A DNA stretch of 64,000 bases from an uncultured Actinomycetota bacterium (GTDB taxonomy: Bacteria; Actinomycetota; Actinomycetes; JBEVHX01): NCBI GenBank assembly GCA_963836025.1, contig CAWIIE010000005.1, positions 202,285 through 266,284 of the forward strand, in the 5' to 3' direction. How positions within the stretch are numbered: the stretch's first letter is position 1; every line of letters begins with the position of its first letter. The position numbers and the translations under genes were made by a program. This document shows positions 9,584 through 19,045 of the stretch, piece by piece. The notes beneath the pieces are model-generated. The model was not told the DNA's origin, made no database searches, and worked only from the letters and a program-made list of their open reading frames with translations.

Positions 9584-10595
9584 GCACGTCGGGGTCGGAA
9601 CCCGGCAGCACACCGTGGCCGAGGTTGAACACGTGCCCCTCCAGACCCTCGGCGTCCCGCAGCACCTGACGCACCCGGGCATCGACCGCCTCGGCCGGGG
9701 CGAACACCACAGCCGGGTCGAGGTTGCCCTGCAGCGCCTTGCCCGGGCCGATCCGGGCAGCGGCATCCGGCAGCGCAACCCGGTAGTCCACCCCCACGAC
9801 GTCCGCGCCCGCCTGCCCCATCAAGCCAAGGAGCTCGCCGGTGCCGACGCCGAAGTGGATCCGCGGCACGTCGAGGTCCTCCAGGGACGCGAGCACGGCA
9901 GCGGAGTGCGGCATGACGAGCTCGCGGTAGTCGGCGACCGGCAGCGCGCCGACCCAGGAGTCGAACAGCTGCACCGCCGATGCTCCGGCGTCGACCTGCA
10001 CCCGGAGGAAGGTGGCCGCGATGTCGGCCAACCGGTCCAGCAGCGCGTGCCACAAGGCGGGGTCGCCGTACATCAGCGCCTTGGTTCGCTCGTGGTTGCG
10101 CGACGGTCCGCCCTCCACCAGGTAGGACGCCAGGGTGAAGGGCGCCCCGGCGAACCCGATCAGCGGCGTGGCGCCGAGCTCGGCCGCCAGGTCGGCGACC
10201 GCCTCGGTCACGTATGGCACGTCGGTCGGCGCCAGCGGTCGGAGCTGGCGTAGGTCCGACTCGGTGCGGATCGGTGCGGCGATCACCGGGCCGACGCCGG
10301 GCACGATGTCCAGGTCGACGCCGATCGCCTTCAACGGCACGACGATGTCGGAGAACAGGATGGCCGCGTCGACCCGGTGCCGCCGCACCGGCTGGAGGGT
10401 CAGCTCGACGACCAGGTCCGGCGTCGACGTCGCCGCCAGCATCCCGATGCCGGCCCGCGCCGTGCGGTACTCGGGTAACGACCGGCCCGCCTGCCGCATG
10501 AACCACACCGGGGTATGCGGCACCGGCAACCGCCGGCAGGCGCGCACGAACGCGGAGTCGGCCGGGGTTAGCGCGTCGTCGTTCGGATTCGACAT
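9540..10595 (-). CDS. hemE: Uroporphyrinogen decarboxylase
   Basis: Intact. '[15 protein letters not shown]', '[12 protein letters not shown]', '[12 protein letters not shown]', 'VQLFDSW', 'NLGHGVLP'. Second ATG of ORF 9540..10616 chosen as start. Confidence 0.95.
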   Translation of the reverse strand: MSNPNDDALTPADSAFVRACRRLPVPHTPVWFMRQAGRSLPEYRTARAGIGMLAATSTPDLVVELTLQPVRRHRVDAAILFSDIVVPLKAIGVDLDIVPGVGPVIAAPIRTESDLRQLRPLAPTDVPYVTEAVADLAAELGATPLIGFAGAPFTLASYLVEGGPSRNHERTKALMYGDPALWHALLDRLADIAATFLRVQVDAGASAVQLFDSWVGALPVADYRELVMPHSAAVLASLEDLDVPRIHFGVGTGELLGLMGQAGADVVGVDYRVALPDAAARIGPGKALQGNLDPAVVFAPAEAVDARVRQVLRDAEGLEGHVFNLGHGVLPGSDPDVLTRIVELVHAETRG

Positions 10596-10623
10596 CTCAG
10601 CCCGGGATGCTTCCACAGCGGCC

Positions 10624-11469
10624 TCACCCGGCGGCGATCAGGACGACGCCGAACAACGCGGCAGCCACCCCAAGGTCCTGGGCGCGGGTCAGCCGCTCGC
10701 CCAGCACCGTCCGGGCCAGCGCCACCGTGGCCACCGGATACAGCGAGCCGAGGACCGAGACGACGGAGAGCAGCCCCTCCTGCGAGGCCACCGCGTACAG
10801 CCCGTTCGCGGCAACGTCGGCGAAGCCGACGAAGGCCACCATCGGCAGGTCCCGGCGATGCATCCCGCCGGCGGACCTCGCGATCAGAGCGACCACCACG
10901 ACGATGGTCACCGACGTCGCCCGCTGGGTGAGCAATGTCATGGTCACGCTCGACTCCGCACCCTTGGCCACCAGCCAGAGCACGACCCCGAAACCGGCCG
11001 CGGCGACCAAGGCCAGGATCAACGCCCGCCAACCGCCGCGCGCCTCGTGGTGCTCGACCGCGCGCACCTCCGGACCGCTCGCCAGGACGACCCCGGCGAC
11101 GGCGATGACGATGCCGAGCAGCTGCCAGACGCTGGGCCGCTCGCCCTGCACCAGCCCGATGGCCACCGGCACCACGACGCCGGTCGCCGCGATCGGCGCG
11201 ACCACACCCATGGTCCCGATCGCCAGCGCCCAGTAGAACGCCACGAGCGCGAGCATCCCGACCACGCCGGCCGCGACCGCCCACGGCAGGTACGCGCGGT
11301 CGTCGCCGAACGCCCCGACCAGCACCGCGAGCACCAGGACCGCACCGAGCGCGAACATGTGCGCGACCCCGACCACCGCGAACGGCCGGATCCGGCGGCT
11401 CAGCAGCCCTCCGAAGAAGTCCGCCGTCCCCCACAGCCCGGATGACAGCAGCGCGAGTACCGCCGTCAT
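10624..11469 (-). CDS. EamA/DMT-family transporter
   Basis: Intact 281 aa, about 10 hydrophobic helices, 'GTADFFGG' N-terminus typical of EamA repeats. Confidence 0.8.
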   Translation of the reverse strand: MTAVLALLSSGLWGTADFFGGLLSRRIRPFAVVGVAHMFALGAVLVLAVLVGAFGDDRAYLPWAVAAGVVGMLALVAFYWALAIGTMGVVAPIAATGVVVPVAIGLVQGERPSVWQLLGIVIAVAGVVLASGPEVRAVEHHEARGGWRALILALVAAAGFGVVLWLVAKGAESSVTMTLLTQRATSVTIVVVVALIARSAGGMHRRDLPMVAFVGFADVAANGLYAVASQEGLLSVVSVLGSLYPVATVALARTVLGERLTRAQDLGVAAALFGVVLIAAG

Positions 11470-11534
11470 GCGCTCGTCTCAGTCAAAATCTCCGCGGCTG
11501 TGCTCATGGTCGCGATCTCCTCGGCTCCACCCAT
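11466..11534 (-). CDS. Candidate upstream ORF (22 aa [22 protein letters not shown], or 13 aa from ATG 11507), translationally coupled to the EamA gene
   Basis: Each ATG is preceded by GAGGAG-N9 supplied by a repeat unit. TGA 11468-11466 overlaps the EamA ATG 11469-11467 (ATGA). No conservation evidence available. Confidence 0.25.
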   Translation of the reverse strand: MGGAEEIATMSTAAEILTETSA

Positions 11535-11612
11535 GGTCGTGGTCTCCTCGGCTCCGCTGCGCTTCGCCTGCGTCGTCCACTCCACGCAGCGCTCCGGCTG
11601 CGTCGCTCCCTC
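11505..11612. repeat. Array of four 27-nt units (A1, A2, B1, B2); MIRU-like intergenic repeat
   Basis: A1 catggtcgcgatctcctcggctccacc, A2 catggtcgtggtctcctcggctccgct, B1 gcgcttcgcctgcgtcgtccactccac, B2 gcagcgctccggctgcgtcgctccctc. An A+B copy recurs at 47461-47520. Confidence 0.85.
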
Positions 11613-11659
11613 CTTGTGTCGCAGCCTACGAAGCGCCCCCCGATCGGTAGCCTGCGAAC

Positions 11660-12247
11660 ATGGTCGGCCCCATGGGTCACAGGGACTCGGACGGAAAATC
11701 CACGGACTTCCTGCGGGCAGTCGAGTCCCTACGCGCGGCCCGGCTGCGTCCGGAGGTGGTGCTCGAGGAGGCACCGGCTCCGCAGCGCCTCGCCCCATAT
11801 GCCGTCGCGATGACCGCGGACGTGCTCGTCGGCGACGAGGAGGTCGGGTCCGGCCGGTTCGTCCTGCTGCACGACCCGGCCGGCCACGAGACCTGGGACG
11901 GCGTGTTCCGGGTGGTGACCTTCGTCCGAGCGCCGCTGGAGCATGACCTCGCCGGCGACCCGATGCTGCCCGGCGTGGGCTGGGCCTGGCTGAGCGAGGC
12001 GTTGGACGCGCGCGGCGCCGCATACACCGCCGCGAGCGGGACGGTCACGCGGGTCTCGTCGGAGAGCTTCGGCGCGATGGCCGACCGGCCGCCCACCGCC
12101 GAGATCGAAATCCGGGCGTCGTGGACCGCCCTCGACCTCGACCTCGGCCGGCATCTGCAGGCCTGGGGCGAGCTCGCGTGCACCGCTGCTGGCCTGCCGC
12201 CGTTGGCCCCTGGCGTCGTCGCGATGCCGACCCCGCGCCGTCGCTGA
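11660..12247 (+). CDS. DUF3000-like conserved actinobacterial protein
   Basis: Intact 195 aa, directly upstream of rnd, as with Mtb Rv2680-Rv2681. Confidence 0.6.
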   Translation: MVGPMGHRDSDGKSTDFLRAVESLRAARLRPEVVLEEAPAPQRLAPYAVAMTADVLVGDEEVGSGRFVLLHDPAGHETWDGVFRVVTFVRAPLEHDLAGDPMLPGVGWAWLSEALDARGAAYTAASGTVTRVSSESFGAMADRPPTAEIEIRASWTALDLDLGRHLQAWGELACTAAGLPPLAPGVVAMPTPRRR

Positions 12248-12269
12248 CCGCGCCGCTTAGGCTGCCCAT

Positions 12270-13515
12270 GTGAGCGCCGAGGCCGACGAGCTTCCCGGCT
12301 CGGACGCCATCCCGCTGCTGGAGCCCCGGGACGGGCTGCCGAGCGTCACCGCCACAGCGCTGGCCCTCGCCGAGGTCGTTGCTCGGCTGCGCGCCGGGTC
12401 GGGTCCGGTCGCGGTCGATGCCGAACGGGCCTCCGGCTACCGCTACGGCCAACGCGCCTTCCTGGTCCAGCTGCGGCGCGCGGGCACGGGCACGGTCCTC
12501 ATCGACCCGGTGCCGCTGGACGACCTCAGTCCAGTCGCCGAGGCGATCGCCGGGCAGGAGTGGGTGCTGCACGCGGCCGCGCAAGACCTGCCCTGCCTGG
12601 CCGACCTCGGGATGCGGCCGTCGCTGCTGTTCGACACCGAGCTGGCCGGGCGGCTGCTCAACCAGCCACGGGTCGGCCTCGGCCCGCTGGTCGAGAGCGT
12701 GCTCGGGTTCGTGCTCGAGAAGGGGCACTCGGCCGCCGACTGGTCGACCCGGCCGTTGCCCGAGCCGTGGCTGCGCTACGCCGCACTCGATGTCGAGGTG
12801 CTCGTCGAGCTGCGCGACGAGCTCGCGGCCCGGCTGGATGGCGCCGGCAAGCTCGACTGGGCCATGGAGGAGTTCGCGGCGATCGCCGCGGCGCCGCCAC
12901 CGACGGCGCGGCCGGAACCGTGGCGGCGAACCTCCGGGATGCACCGAGTCCGCGGTCAGCCGCCCGCAGGGCCGGGTCCGGGAGCTGTGGCTGGCTCGCG
13001 ACGAGTTGGCTCAGCGACGCGATATCGCGCCCGGCCGGCTGCTGCCGGACGCCGCGATCGTCGAGGCCGCGCTCGCGGCGCCACGTTCCCGGACCGGGCT
13101 CGCGCGGCTGCCCGGCTTCCACGGCCGTGGCGCCGAGCGGTTCCTCGACCACTGGTGGCAGGCCCTGGAGGCCGCAGCCCGGCTGCCGGAGGACGAGCTC
13201 CCGATCGCGGCGGCGCCGAGCGAAGGGCCACCGCCGACCCGCGCCTGGCCGGAGCGCGACCCGGCCGCGGCCGCCCGGCTGGTGGCAGTCCGGACCGTCG
13301 TCGCCGCTCTGGCCGACGAGCATGACCTCCCGTCGGAGAACCTGCTGGCTCCCGACCTTGTGCGCCGGCTGTGCTGGGAGCCACCCGACCGGCTGATTGA
13401 AGACGTCATCGCGGAGGAGCTGTCGTCAATGGGCGCCCGGACCTGGCAGGTCCGGATCACGGCCGGCCCGATCGCCCGCGCGCTCGACCGGCTCCGCACC
13501 CGCGGCGAGGCGTGA
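12270..13515 (+). pseudogene. rnd: Ribonuclease D (3'-5' exonuclease + HRDC), one frame change
   Basis: 'VAVDAERASGYRYGQRAFLVQL', 'WVLHAAAQDLPCL', 'LEKGHSAADWSTRPLP..YAALDVEVLVEL' (ORF 12270..13325), then the HRDC part 'RELWLARDELAQRRDIAPGRLLPDAAI' in ORF 12379..13515. Junction near 12955. Confidence 0.85.
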
Positions 13516-14202
13516 CCGCAGCGACGCCCATCACATCCGCGGTCCGCGATGCGCTGGTCGCGGTCGCCGACCCGGCCAAGGCCGGCGACATGCAGGCATA
13601 CATGAAGTCGTCGATGCCATTCCTCGGCGTGCAGAAGCCCGCCCGCACGAACGCGCTGCGCCCAGTGCTGTCCGCATACCGACCCAGTTCGCGGACCGAG
13701 TGGGAACGCGACGTACGTGCGGTCTGGGACAGCGCCGAGTTCCGCGAGCAGCGGTATGCGGCCATCGCGCTCTCCGAGGTCCGGCCGGCTCGCGACTGGC
13801 AGGACGTCAACACGTTGACCCTCTACCGGCACCTGATCTCCAGTGGTGCCTGGTGGGACCTGGTCGACGAGGTGGCGACCCACCGGGTCGGGCCGATCCT
13901 GCGCGCGGACCGCGAGGCGGTGACCCCGGTCATGCGCGCGTGGAGCCGCGACGACGACCTCTGGCTGCGCCGCACCGTCGATCATCTGCCAGGTGACGGG
14001 TCGCGACGACGTCGACCAGGCGCTGCTGCGCGAGGTCATCGAGCTCAATGCCGGCGACCAGGACTTCTTCATTCGCAAGGCGATCGGCTGGGCGCTGCGC
14101 GACCACGCCCGGCACGACCCCGACTGGGTCCGCGCCCTGCTCGACGACCTGCGCGACCGGCTCTCGCCGCTGTCCCGCCGGGAGGCGGCGAAACACCTTT
14201 GA
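13512..14202 (+). pseudogene. DNA alkylation repair protein (AlkD-like HEAT repeats), one frame change
   Basis: 'PAKAGDMQAYMKSSMPFLGVQKP', 'EQRYAAIAL', 'WWDLVDEVA' (ORF 13512..14387), then 'DFFIRKAIGWALRDHARHDPDWV' (ORF 13993..14202). Junction near 13985. Confidence 0.7.
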
Positions 14203-14233
14203 GCCCTCGGCGGCCAGCCGAGACACTGCGACC

Positions 14234-14854
14234 ATGCCGAAGCTGCGCGTGCACAACGTCACGCTGTCCCTGGACGGGTTCGCCGCCGGCCCCGCCCAGA
14301 GTCTCGACAACCCGCTCGGGGTCCGCGGCGAAGAGCTGCACCCGTGGCTGTTCCCCCCGGCCGAGGGGCTGGACAACGACCACGTGATCGAAGGCGATGC
14401 CGGGATCGGTGCGACGATCATGGGACGAAACATGTTCGGCCCGATCCGCGGCGCGTGGGACGACCCGGGGAACGATCAGAACTGGATCGGCTGGTGGGGC
14501 GACGACCCGCCCTACCACCACCCGGTGTTCGTGCTGACCCACCATGCGCACGACCCGATCCCGATGGCCGGCGGCACCAGGTTCTTCTTCGTCACCGATG
14601 GGATCGAGTCGGCATTGGACCAGGCCTTCGAGGCGGCCGCCGGGCAGGACGTGCGGCTCGGCGGTGGCGCCTCGACCATCCAGCAGTACCTGGCCGCCGG
14701 GCTGGTCGACGAGATGCACCTCGCGATCGCGCCGGTGCTGCTGGGTGGCGGCGAGCGGCTGTTCGACGGGCCCGCGCTCGGGCTGACCGGATACGCCTGC
14801 GCGTCCCTGCAGGCCTCCGCGGCCGTGGTGCACGCGCGGGTCAGGCGCACCTGA
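14234..14854 (+). CDS. Dihydrofolate-reductase-family protein (RibD C-terminal-domain-like)
   Basis: Internal ATG of ORF 14048..14854. 'KLRVHNVTLSLDGF', 'IMGRNMF', 'VRLGGGASTIQQYLAAGLVDEMHLAIAPVLLGGGERLF'. Confidence 0.75.
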   Translation: MPKLRVHNVTLSLDGFAAGPAQSLDNPLGVRGEELHPWLFPPAEGLDNDHVIEGDAGIGATIMGRNMFGPIRGAWDDPGNDQNWIGWWGDDPPYHHPVFVLTHHAHDPIPMAGGTRFFFVTDGIESALDQAFEAAAGQDVRLGGGASTIQQYLAAGLVDEMHLAIAPVLLGGGERLFDGPALGLTGYACASLQASAAVVHARVRRT

Positions 14855-14891
14855 GTTTCCGCTGGTTGTTACCCGCGAGTAGCATCGCGGC

Positions 14892-16103
14892 ATGACCGCT
14901 CCCCGCACCCTCAACGAGGTCGTCTTCGTCGACGGCGTTCGCACCCCGTTCGGCAAGGCCGGCAAGGGCGGGCAGTACGCGGAGACCCGGGCCGACGACC
15001 TGGTCGTCGTCCTCATCCGCGAGCTGCTCCGGCGCAACCCGACCCTGCCGCCCGAACGGATCGACGAGGTGGCGATCGCGGCCGCCACCCAGATCGGCGA
15101 CCAGGGCCTGACCCTGGGCCGGACCGCATCGCTGCTGGCCGGGCTGCCGAAGAGCGTGCCGGGCTACTCGATCGACCGGATGTGCGCCGGTGCGATGACC
15201 GCGGTCACCACCGTCGCCAGCGGCATCGCGGTGGGCGCATACGACGTGGCGATCGCCGGTGGGGTCGAGCACATGACCCGGCACCCGATGGGTGAGGGGA
15301 TCGACCCGAACCCACGCATCATCGCCGAGAAGCTGGTCGACCCGGCCGCGCTCAACATGGGGATGACCGCCGAGAACCTGCACGACCGCTTCCCGCACCT
15401 CACCCGGCAACGTGCCGACGAGTTCGCGGTGCGCTCGCAGGAACGCCTGGCCAAGGCGTATGCGGACGAGAAGATCCAGCCGGACCTGGTGCCGGTGGCC
15501 ACCCGCTCCGCCGAGGCGGGCTACGGACTGGCGACCGCCGACCAACCGCCGCGACCGGGCACCACGCTCGAGGGCATCGCCGACCTCAAGACCCCGTTCC
15601 GGCCGCACGGCCGGATCACCGCGGCCAACGCCTCGCCGCTCACGGACGGCGCCACCGCGTCGATCGTGGCGTCCGCCGAGGTCGCGACGGAGCTGGGGCT
15701 GTCGAAGAAGATGTCGCTGGTCGGCTTCGCGTTCGCCGGCGTCGACCCCGAGGTGATGGGCGTCGGCCCGGTGCCGGCGACCGAGAAGGTGCTCACGCGC
15801 ACGGGCCTGTCGATCGACGACATCGGCGCGTTCGAGATCAACGAAGCGTTCGCGGTGCAGGTGCTCGCGTTCCTCGACCACTTCGGGATTGCCGACGACG
15901 ACCCGCGAGTCAACCCCTACGGCGGTGCGATCGCCGTCGGCCACCCGCTGGCATCCTCCGGGGTGCGGCTGATGACTCAGCTCGCCCGCCAGTTCGAGGA
16001 CAAGCCCGAGGTCCGCTACGGCCTGACAACGATGTGCGTCGGCCTGGGCCAGGGCGGCTCGGTCATCTGGGAGAACCCGCACTACGACGGTAAGGACGCC
16101 TGA
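14892..16103 (+). CDS. fadA: Acetyl-CoA C-acyltransferase (thiolase)
   Basis: Intact 403 aa. 'SIDRMCAGAMTAV' active-site Cys, 'NEAFAVQVL', 'GGAIAVGHPLASSG', 'TMCVGLGQG'. Confidence 0.9.
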   Translation: MTAPRTLNEVVFVDGVRTPFGKAGKGGQYAETRADDLVVVLIRELLRRNPTLPPERIDEVAIAAATQIGDQGLTLGRTASLLAGLPKSVPGYSIDRMCAGAMTAVTTVASGIAVGAYDVAIAGGVEHMTRHPMGEGIDPNPRIIAEKLVDPAALNMGMTAENLHDRFPHLTRQRADEFAVRSQERLAKAYADEKIQPDLVPVATRSAEAGYGLATADQPPRPGTTLEGIADLKTPFRPHGRITAANASPLTDGATASIVASAEVATELGLSKKMSLVGFAFAGVDPEVMGVGPVPATEKVLTRTGLSIDDIGAFEINEAFAVQVLAFLDHFGIADDDPRVNPYGGAIAVGHPLASSGVRLMTQLARQFEDKPEVRYGLTTMCVGLGQGGSVIWENPHYDGKDA

Positions 16104-16110
16104 ACCGCAC

Positions 16111-18219
16111 ATGACTGCCACCGAGCTGACCGCCACCGAGCTGTTCCCCGATGAGGTCGTCACCAAGGCGCTCGTCCAGTACGTCGACCTGCCGTTGCAC
16201 GCCGGTACCGCCGCGCTGATCACGTTGGACAACGGGCACGACCACACCAGGCCGTCCACGTTCGGTCCCGGCGGGCTGGCCTCGCTCGCGGCCGCACTCG
16301 ACGAGGTCGAGGCGCACCCTGACCTCAAGGCGGTGTGCATCACCGGCAAGCCGTTCATCTTCGCGGTCGGCGCCGACCTGTCGGGCGTGCCGCTGCTCAC
16401 CAACCGGGACCAGGCCGCCGAGATCAGCCGGCTCGGGCACCAGACCTTCTTCCGGTTGTCCCGGCTGGGCGTACCGACCTTCGCGTTCGTCAATGGCGCG
16501 GCGATGGGCGGCGGCCTGGAGCTGGCGCTGCACTGCTCGTACCGCACGGTCTCGTCCGGTGCCGCCGCGCTCTCACTGCCCGAGGTCTTTCTCGGCCTCG
16601 TGCCGGGTTGGGGTGGCACCTACCTGCTGCCGAACCTGATCGGCGCCGACGCCGCCGTCACGGTCATGATCGAGAACTCGCTCAACACCAACCGGCAGCT
16701 CAAGCCCGCACAGGCCGCGAAGCTCGGCGTCGCCGACGTGCTGCTCGAGCCGGCCGACTTCCTGGAGCAGTCGCTGCGATGGACCGCGCAGGTCCTCAAG
16801 GGTGACGTCGTCGTCGAGCGGCCGGAGGTCGACCGCTCCCCCGAGGTCTGGGACGCCGCCGTCGCCCGGGGCCGGGCGATCGCCGACGCCAAGGTGCACG
16901 GTGCCGCGCCGGCCGCATACCGCGCCCTGGATCTGATCGCCGCCGCCCGCACTGCGACCCCGGAGCAAGGCTTCGGCGACGGCGACCGCGCGCTCACCGA
17001 CCTGATCCTGTCCGAGGAGCTGCGCTCCAGCCTGTATGCGTTCGACCTGGTCCAGAAGCGGGCGAAGAAGCCGGCCGGGGTGCCGGACAAGTCGCTCGCG
17101 CGCCCGGTCACGAAGGTGGGCATCGTCGGCGCCGGACTGATGGCCAGCCAGCTCGCGACGCTGTTCGTGCAGCGGCTCGAGGTCCCGGTGCACCTGACCG
17201 ACCTCGACGCCGAGCGAGTCGACAAGGGCGTCGGCTACGTGCACGGCGAAATCGACAAGCTGCACGCGAAGGGCCGCATCAACGCCGACCAGGCGAACCG
17301 GCTGCGCGCGCTGGTGACCGGGTCGACCGACAAGGCCGACTTCGCGGACGCCGACTTCGTGATCGAGGCCGTGTTCGAGGAGATGAAGGTCAAGCAGCAG
17401 GTGCTTCGTGAGGTCGAGGCCGTGGTCTCCGCGCAGTGCGTGCTCGCGACCAACACCTCCTCGTTGTCGATCACCGAGATGGCCGCACAGCTCGAGCACC
17501 CCGAGCGCGTCGTCGGGTTCCACTTCTTCAACCCGGTCGCGATCCTGCCGCTGCTGGAGATCGCGCGCGCGGAGGCGACCGACGACTCGACGCTGGCGAC
17601 CGCGTTCGCGATCGGCAAGTTGCTGAAGAAGTCCTGCGTGCTGGTCAAGGACGCCCCGGCGTTCGTGGTCAACCGGCTGCTCACCCGCTTCCTCGGCGAA
17701 GTCACGCGGGCGATCGACGAGGGCACCCCGATCGAGGTGGCGGACGCCGCCCTCGACCCGCTTGGCCTGCCGATCTCACCGATGAACCTGCTGGCGCTGG
17801 TGGGTCCGCCAGTCGCATTGCACGTCGCGGAGACGATGCACGAGGCGTTCCCGGATCGGTTCGGTGTGTCGGAGAACCTCGCTGCGCTTGTGGCCGCCGG
17901 AAAGACCGCGGTGTACGACTGGTCGACCGGCTCGCCGGTTGTCGACCCGGAGGTCGCGGCGATGTTCGGCGGTGGCTCGTCGCCGCGGACGGCCGAGGAG
18001 GTCCGGGAAAGCGCGTTGGCGGCGCTAGCGGAGGAGATCCGGCTCATGCTCGACGAGGGCGTGGTGCAGGACGTTCGTGACATCGACCTGTGCCTGCTGC
18101 TTGGCGCCGGCTGGCCGTTCCACCTCGGCGGGGTCACGCCCTATCTGGATCGTTCCGGCGTGTCCGAGCGGGCAACCGGCCAGCGGTTCCTGCCGAAGGG
18201 CATCGCGTCGCTCCCCTGA
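16111..18219 (+). CDS. fadB: Fatty-oxidation multifunctional protein (enoyl-CoA hydratase + 3-hydroxyacyl-CoA dehydrogenase)
   Basis: Intact 702 aa. Crotonase 'FIFAVGADL', 'NGAAMGGGLELAL'. NAD fold 'VGIVGAGLMASQLA'. 'HFFNPV'. Follows fadA by 7 nt. Confidence 0.9.
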   Translation: MTATELTATELFPDEVVTKALVQYVDLPLHAGTAALITLDNGHDHTRPSTFGPGGLASLAAALDEVEAHPDLKAVCITGKPFIFAVGADLSGVPLLTNRDQAAEISRLGHQTFFRLSRLGVPTFAFVNGAAMGGGLELALHCSYRTVSSGAAALSLPEVFLGLVPGWGGTYLLPNLIGADAAVTVMIENSLNTNRQLKPAQAAKLGVADVLLEPADFLEQSLRWTAQVLKGDVVVERPEVDRSPEVWDAAVARGRAIADAKVHGAAPAAYRALDLIAAARTATPEQGFGDGDRALTDLILSEELRSSLYAFDLVQKRAKKPAGVPDKSLARPVTKVGIVGAGLMASQLATLFVQRLEVPVHLTDLDAERVDKGVGYVHGEIDKLHAKGRINADQANRLRALVTGSTDKADFADADFVIEAVFEEMKVKQQVLREVEAVVSAQCVLATNTSSLSITEMAAQLEHPERVVGFHFFNPVAILPLLEIARAEATDDSTLATAFAIGKLLKKSCVLVKDAPAFVVNRLLTRFLGEVTRAIDEGTPIEVADAALDPLGLPISPMNLLALVGPPVALHVAETMHEAFPDRFGVSENLAALVAAGKTAVYDWSTGSPVVDPEVAAMFGGGSSPRTAEEVRESALAALAEEIRLMLDEGVVQDVRDIDLCLLLGAGWPFHLGGVTPYLDRSGVSERATGQRFLPKGIASLP

Positions 18220-18298
18220 CCAAGATCGTTACGTCGCTTCGGCACCCGGTTTGGGCCGAATCGAGCGCCCACGGGTCGTAAGGATCATGGAACTGGTC

Positions 18299-18333
18299 GC
18301 GACCCGTGCCCACCCCCCGGAGGCACGGGTCGC
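18299..18333 (+). terminator. GC-rich hairpin downstream of fadB
   Basis: gcgacccgtgcc (18299-18310) pairs perfectly with ggcacgggtcgc (18322-18333), 11-nt loop. No U-tract, which is common in high-GC actinobacteria. Confidence 0.45.
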
Positions 18334-18455
18334 TTGGGGGTCCCGTCCGACCCAGCGGCCCGGCAAGGCCAGTCGAGATTCTCGAAAGGTACGAGCCTGG
18401 GCGGTCGCCGGGCATCAGCCAAACGCCCCGTCCGCCATCAGTTGAACGACGCGAA

Positions 18456-18483
18456 TGAACCGCGCATGCCCGCGCTCCGTGAT
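18456..18483 (+). promoter_or_regulatory. Candidate SigL-type ECF promoter (TGAACC-N16-CGTgat)
   Basis: TGAACC at 18456-18461, a 16-nt spacer, CGT at 18478-18480. About 50 nt upstream of ATG 18534, the first gene before the SigL-like sigma. Matches the -35 TGAACC / -10 CGT pattern I recall for mycobacterial SigL promoters. Confidence 0.45.
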
Positions 18484-18533
18484 CAAGGCAGAGCGACCGC
18501 CCGGCCGCTCGTGCCGACCGAGAGGCGGAGCTC

Positions 18534-19004
18534 ATGAACACCCGCTCGAAGATTCTGGCTGCGGCGGTCGCGGCCACCTCGGCCGCGGCCCTGCTCGCGG
18601 CACCAGCGCTGGCCGCGGACGATGGCCGACACGGACCGCTGCTGCGCGCGTCGGTGGCCGGCAGCCTGCCGACCGATCCTGCCCTGTTCGGCCAAACCCC
18701 GGGCGGCGCACCTTGGGTCGTGACCCGGGGCGAGGTCCGGCTGGACGCTGACGGCGACCTGTCGATCCGGGTGCGCGGGCTGATCATCCCCACCCTCGGC
18801 ACCAACCCGGTTCCGATGTTGTCGGCCAGCGTCGCGTGCAGCGGTGCTGTGGTGGACAAGACCGCCGCCGTGGAGTTCGAAAGCGACGGGGACGCGCGCA
18901 TCCGAGAGACGGTGACGATCCCGCAGCGCTGCCTGGCGCCCGCGGTCTTGCTCAATCCGAATGTGAGCACCACAGTGTTCATCGGCGCCACCGGTTTGGA
19001 GTAG
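18534..19004 (+). CDS. Secreted hypothetical protein (Sec signal peptide, two Cys)
   Basis: 'MNTRSKILAAAVAATSAAALLAAPALAADD' signal peptide with an AXA site. Intact 156 aa. No family recognised. Confidence 0.6.
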   Translation: MNTRSKILAAAVAATSAAALLAAPALAADDGRHGPLLRASVAGSLPTDPALFGQTPGGAPWVVTRGEVRLDADGDLSIRVRGLIIPTLGTNPVPMLSASVACSGAVVDKTAAVEFESDGDARIRETVTIPQRCLAPAVLLNPNVSTTVFIGATGLE

Positions 19005-19045
19005 CCGTTCATGGCGCCTGACTATGGACACAGCTCCGGAGGACC

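Noticed and set aside
14841-16619. Long antisense or alternative-frame ORFs over fadA (14841..16619 -), dxs (21640..23535 +), acn (32497..34437 +), the APC permease (35993..37831 +), the decarboxylase (56172..57188 portion) and others
   Set aside because: All are GC-skew shadow ORFs opposite or overlapping intact, motif-rich genes. Their composition is dominated by R/P/G/A and no recognisable domains are present.
18219-18455. A possible small RNA or small ORF (for example ORF 18334..18537) in the 315-nt fadB-downstream spacer
   Set aside because: Apart from the hairpin (18299-18333) and the SigL-type promoter, I see no promoter/terminator pair or conserved structure. The ORF has no SD and an Arg/Ser-rich composition.
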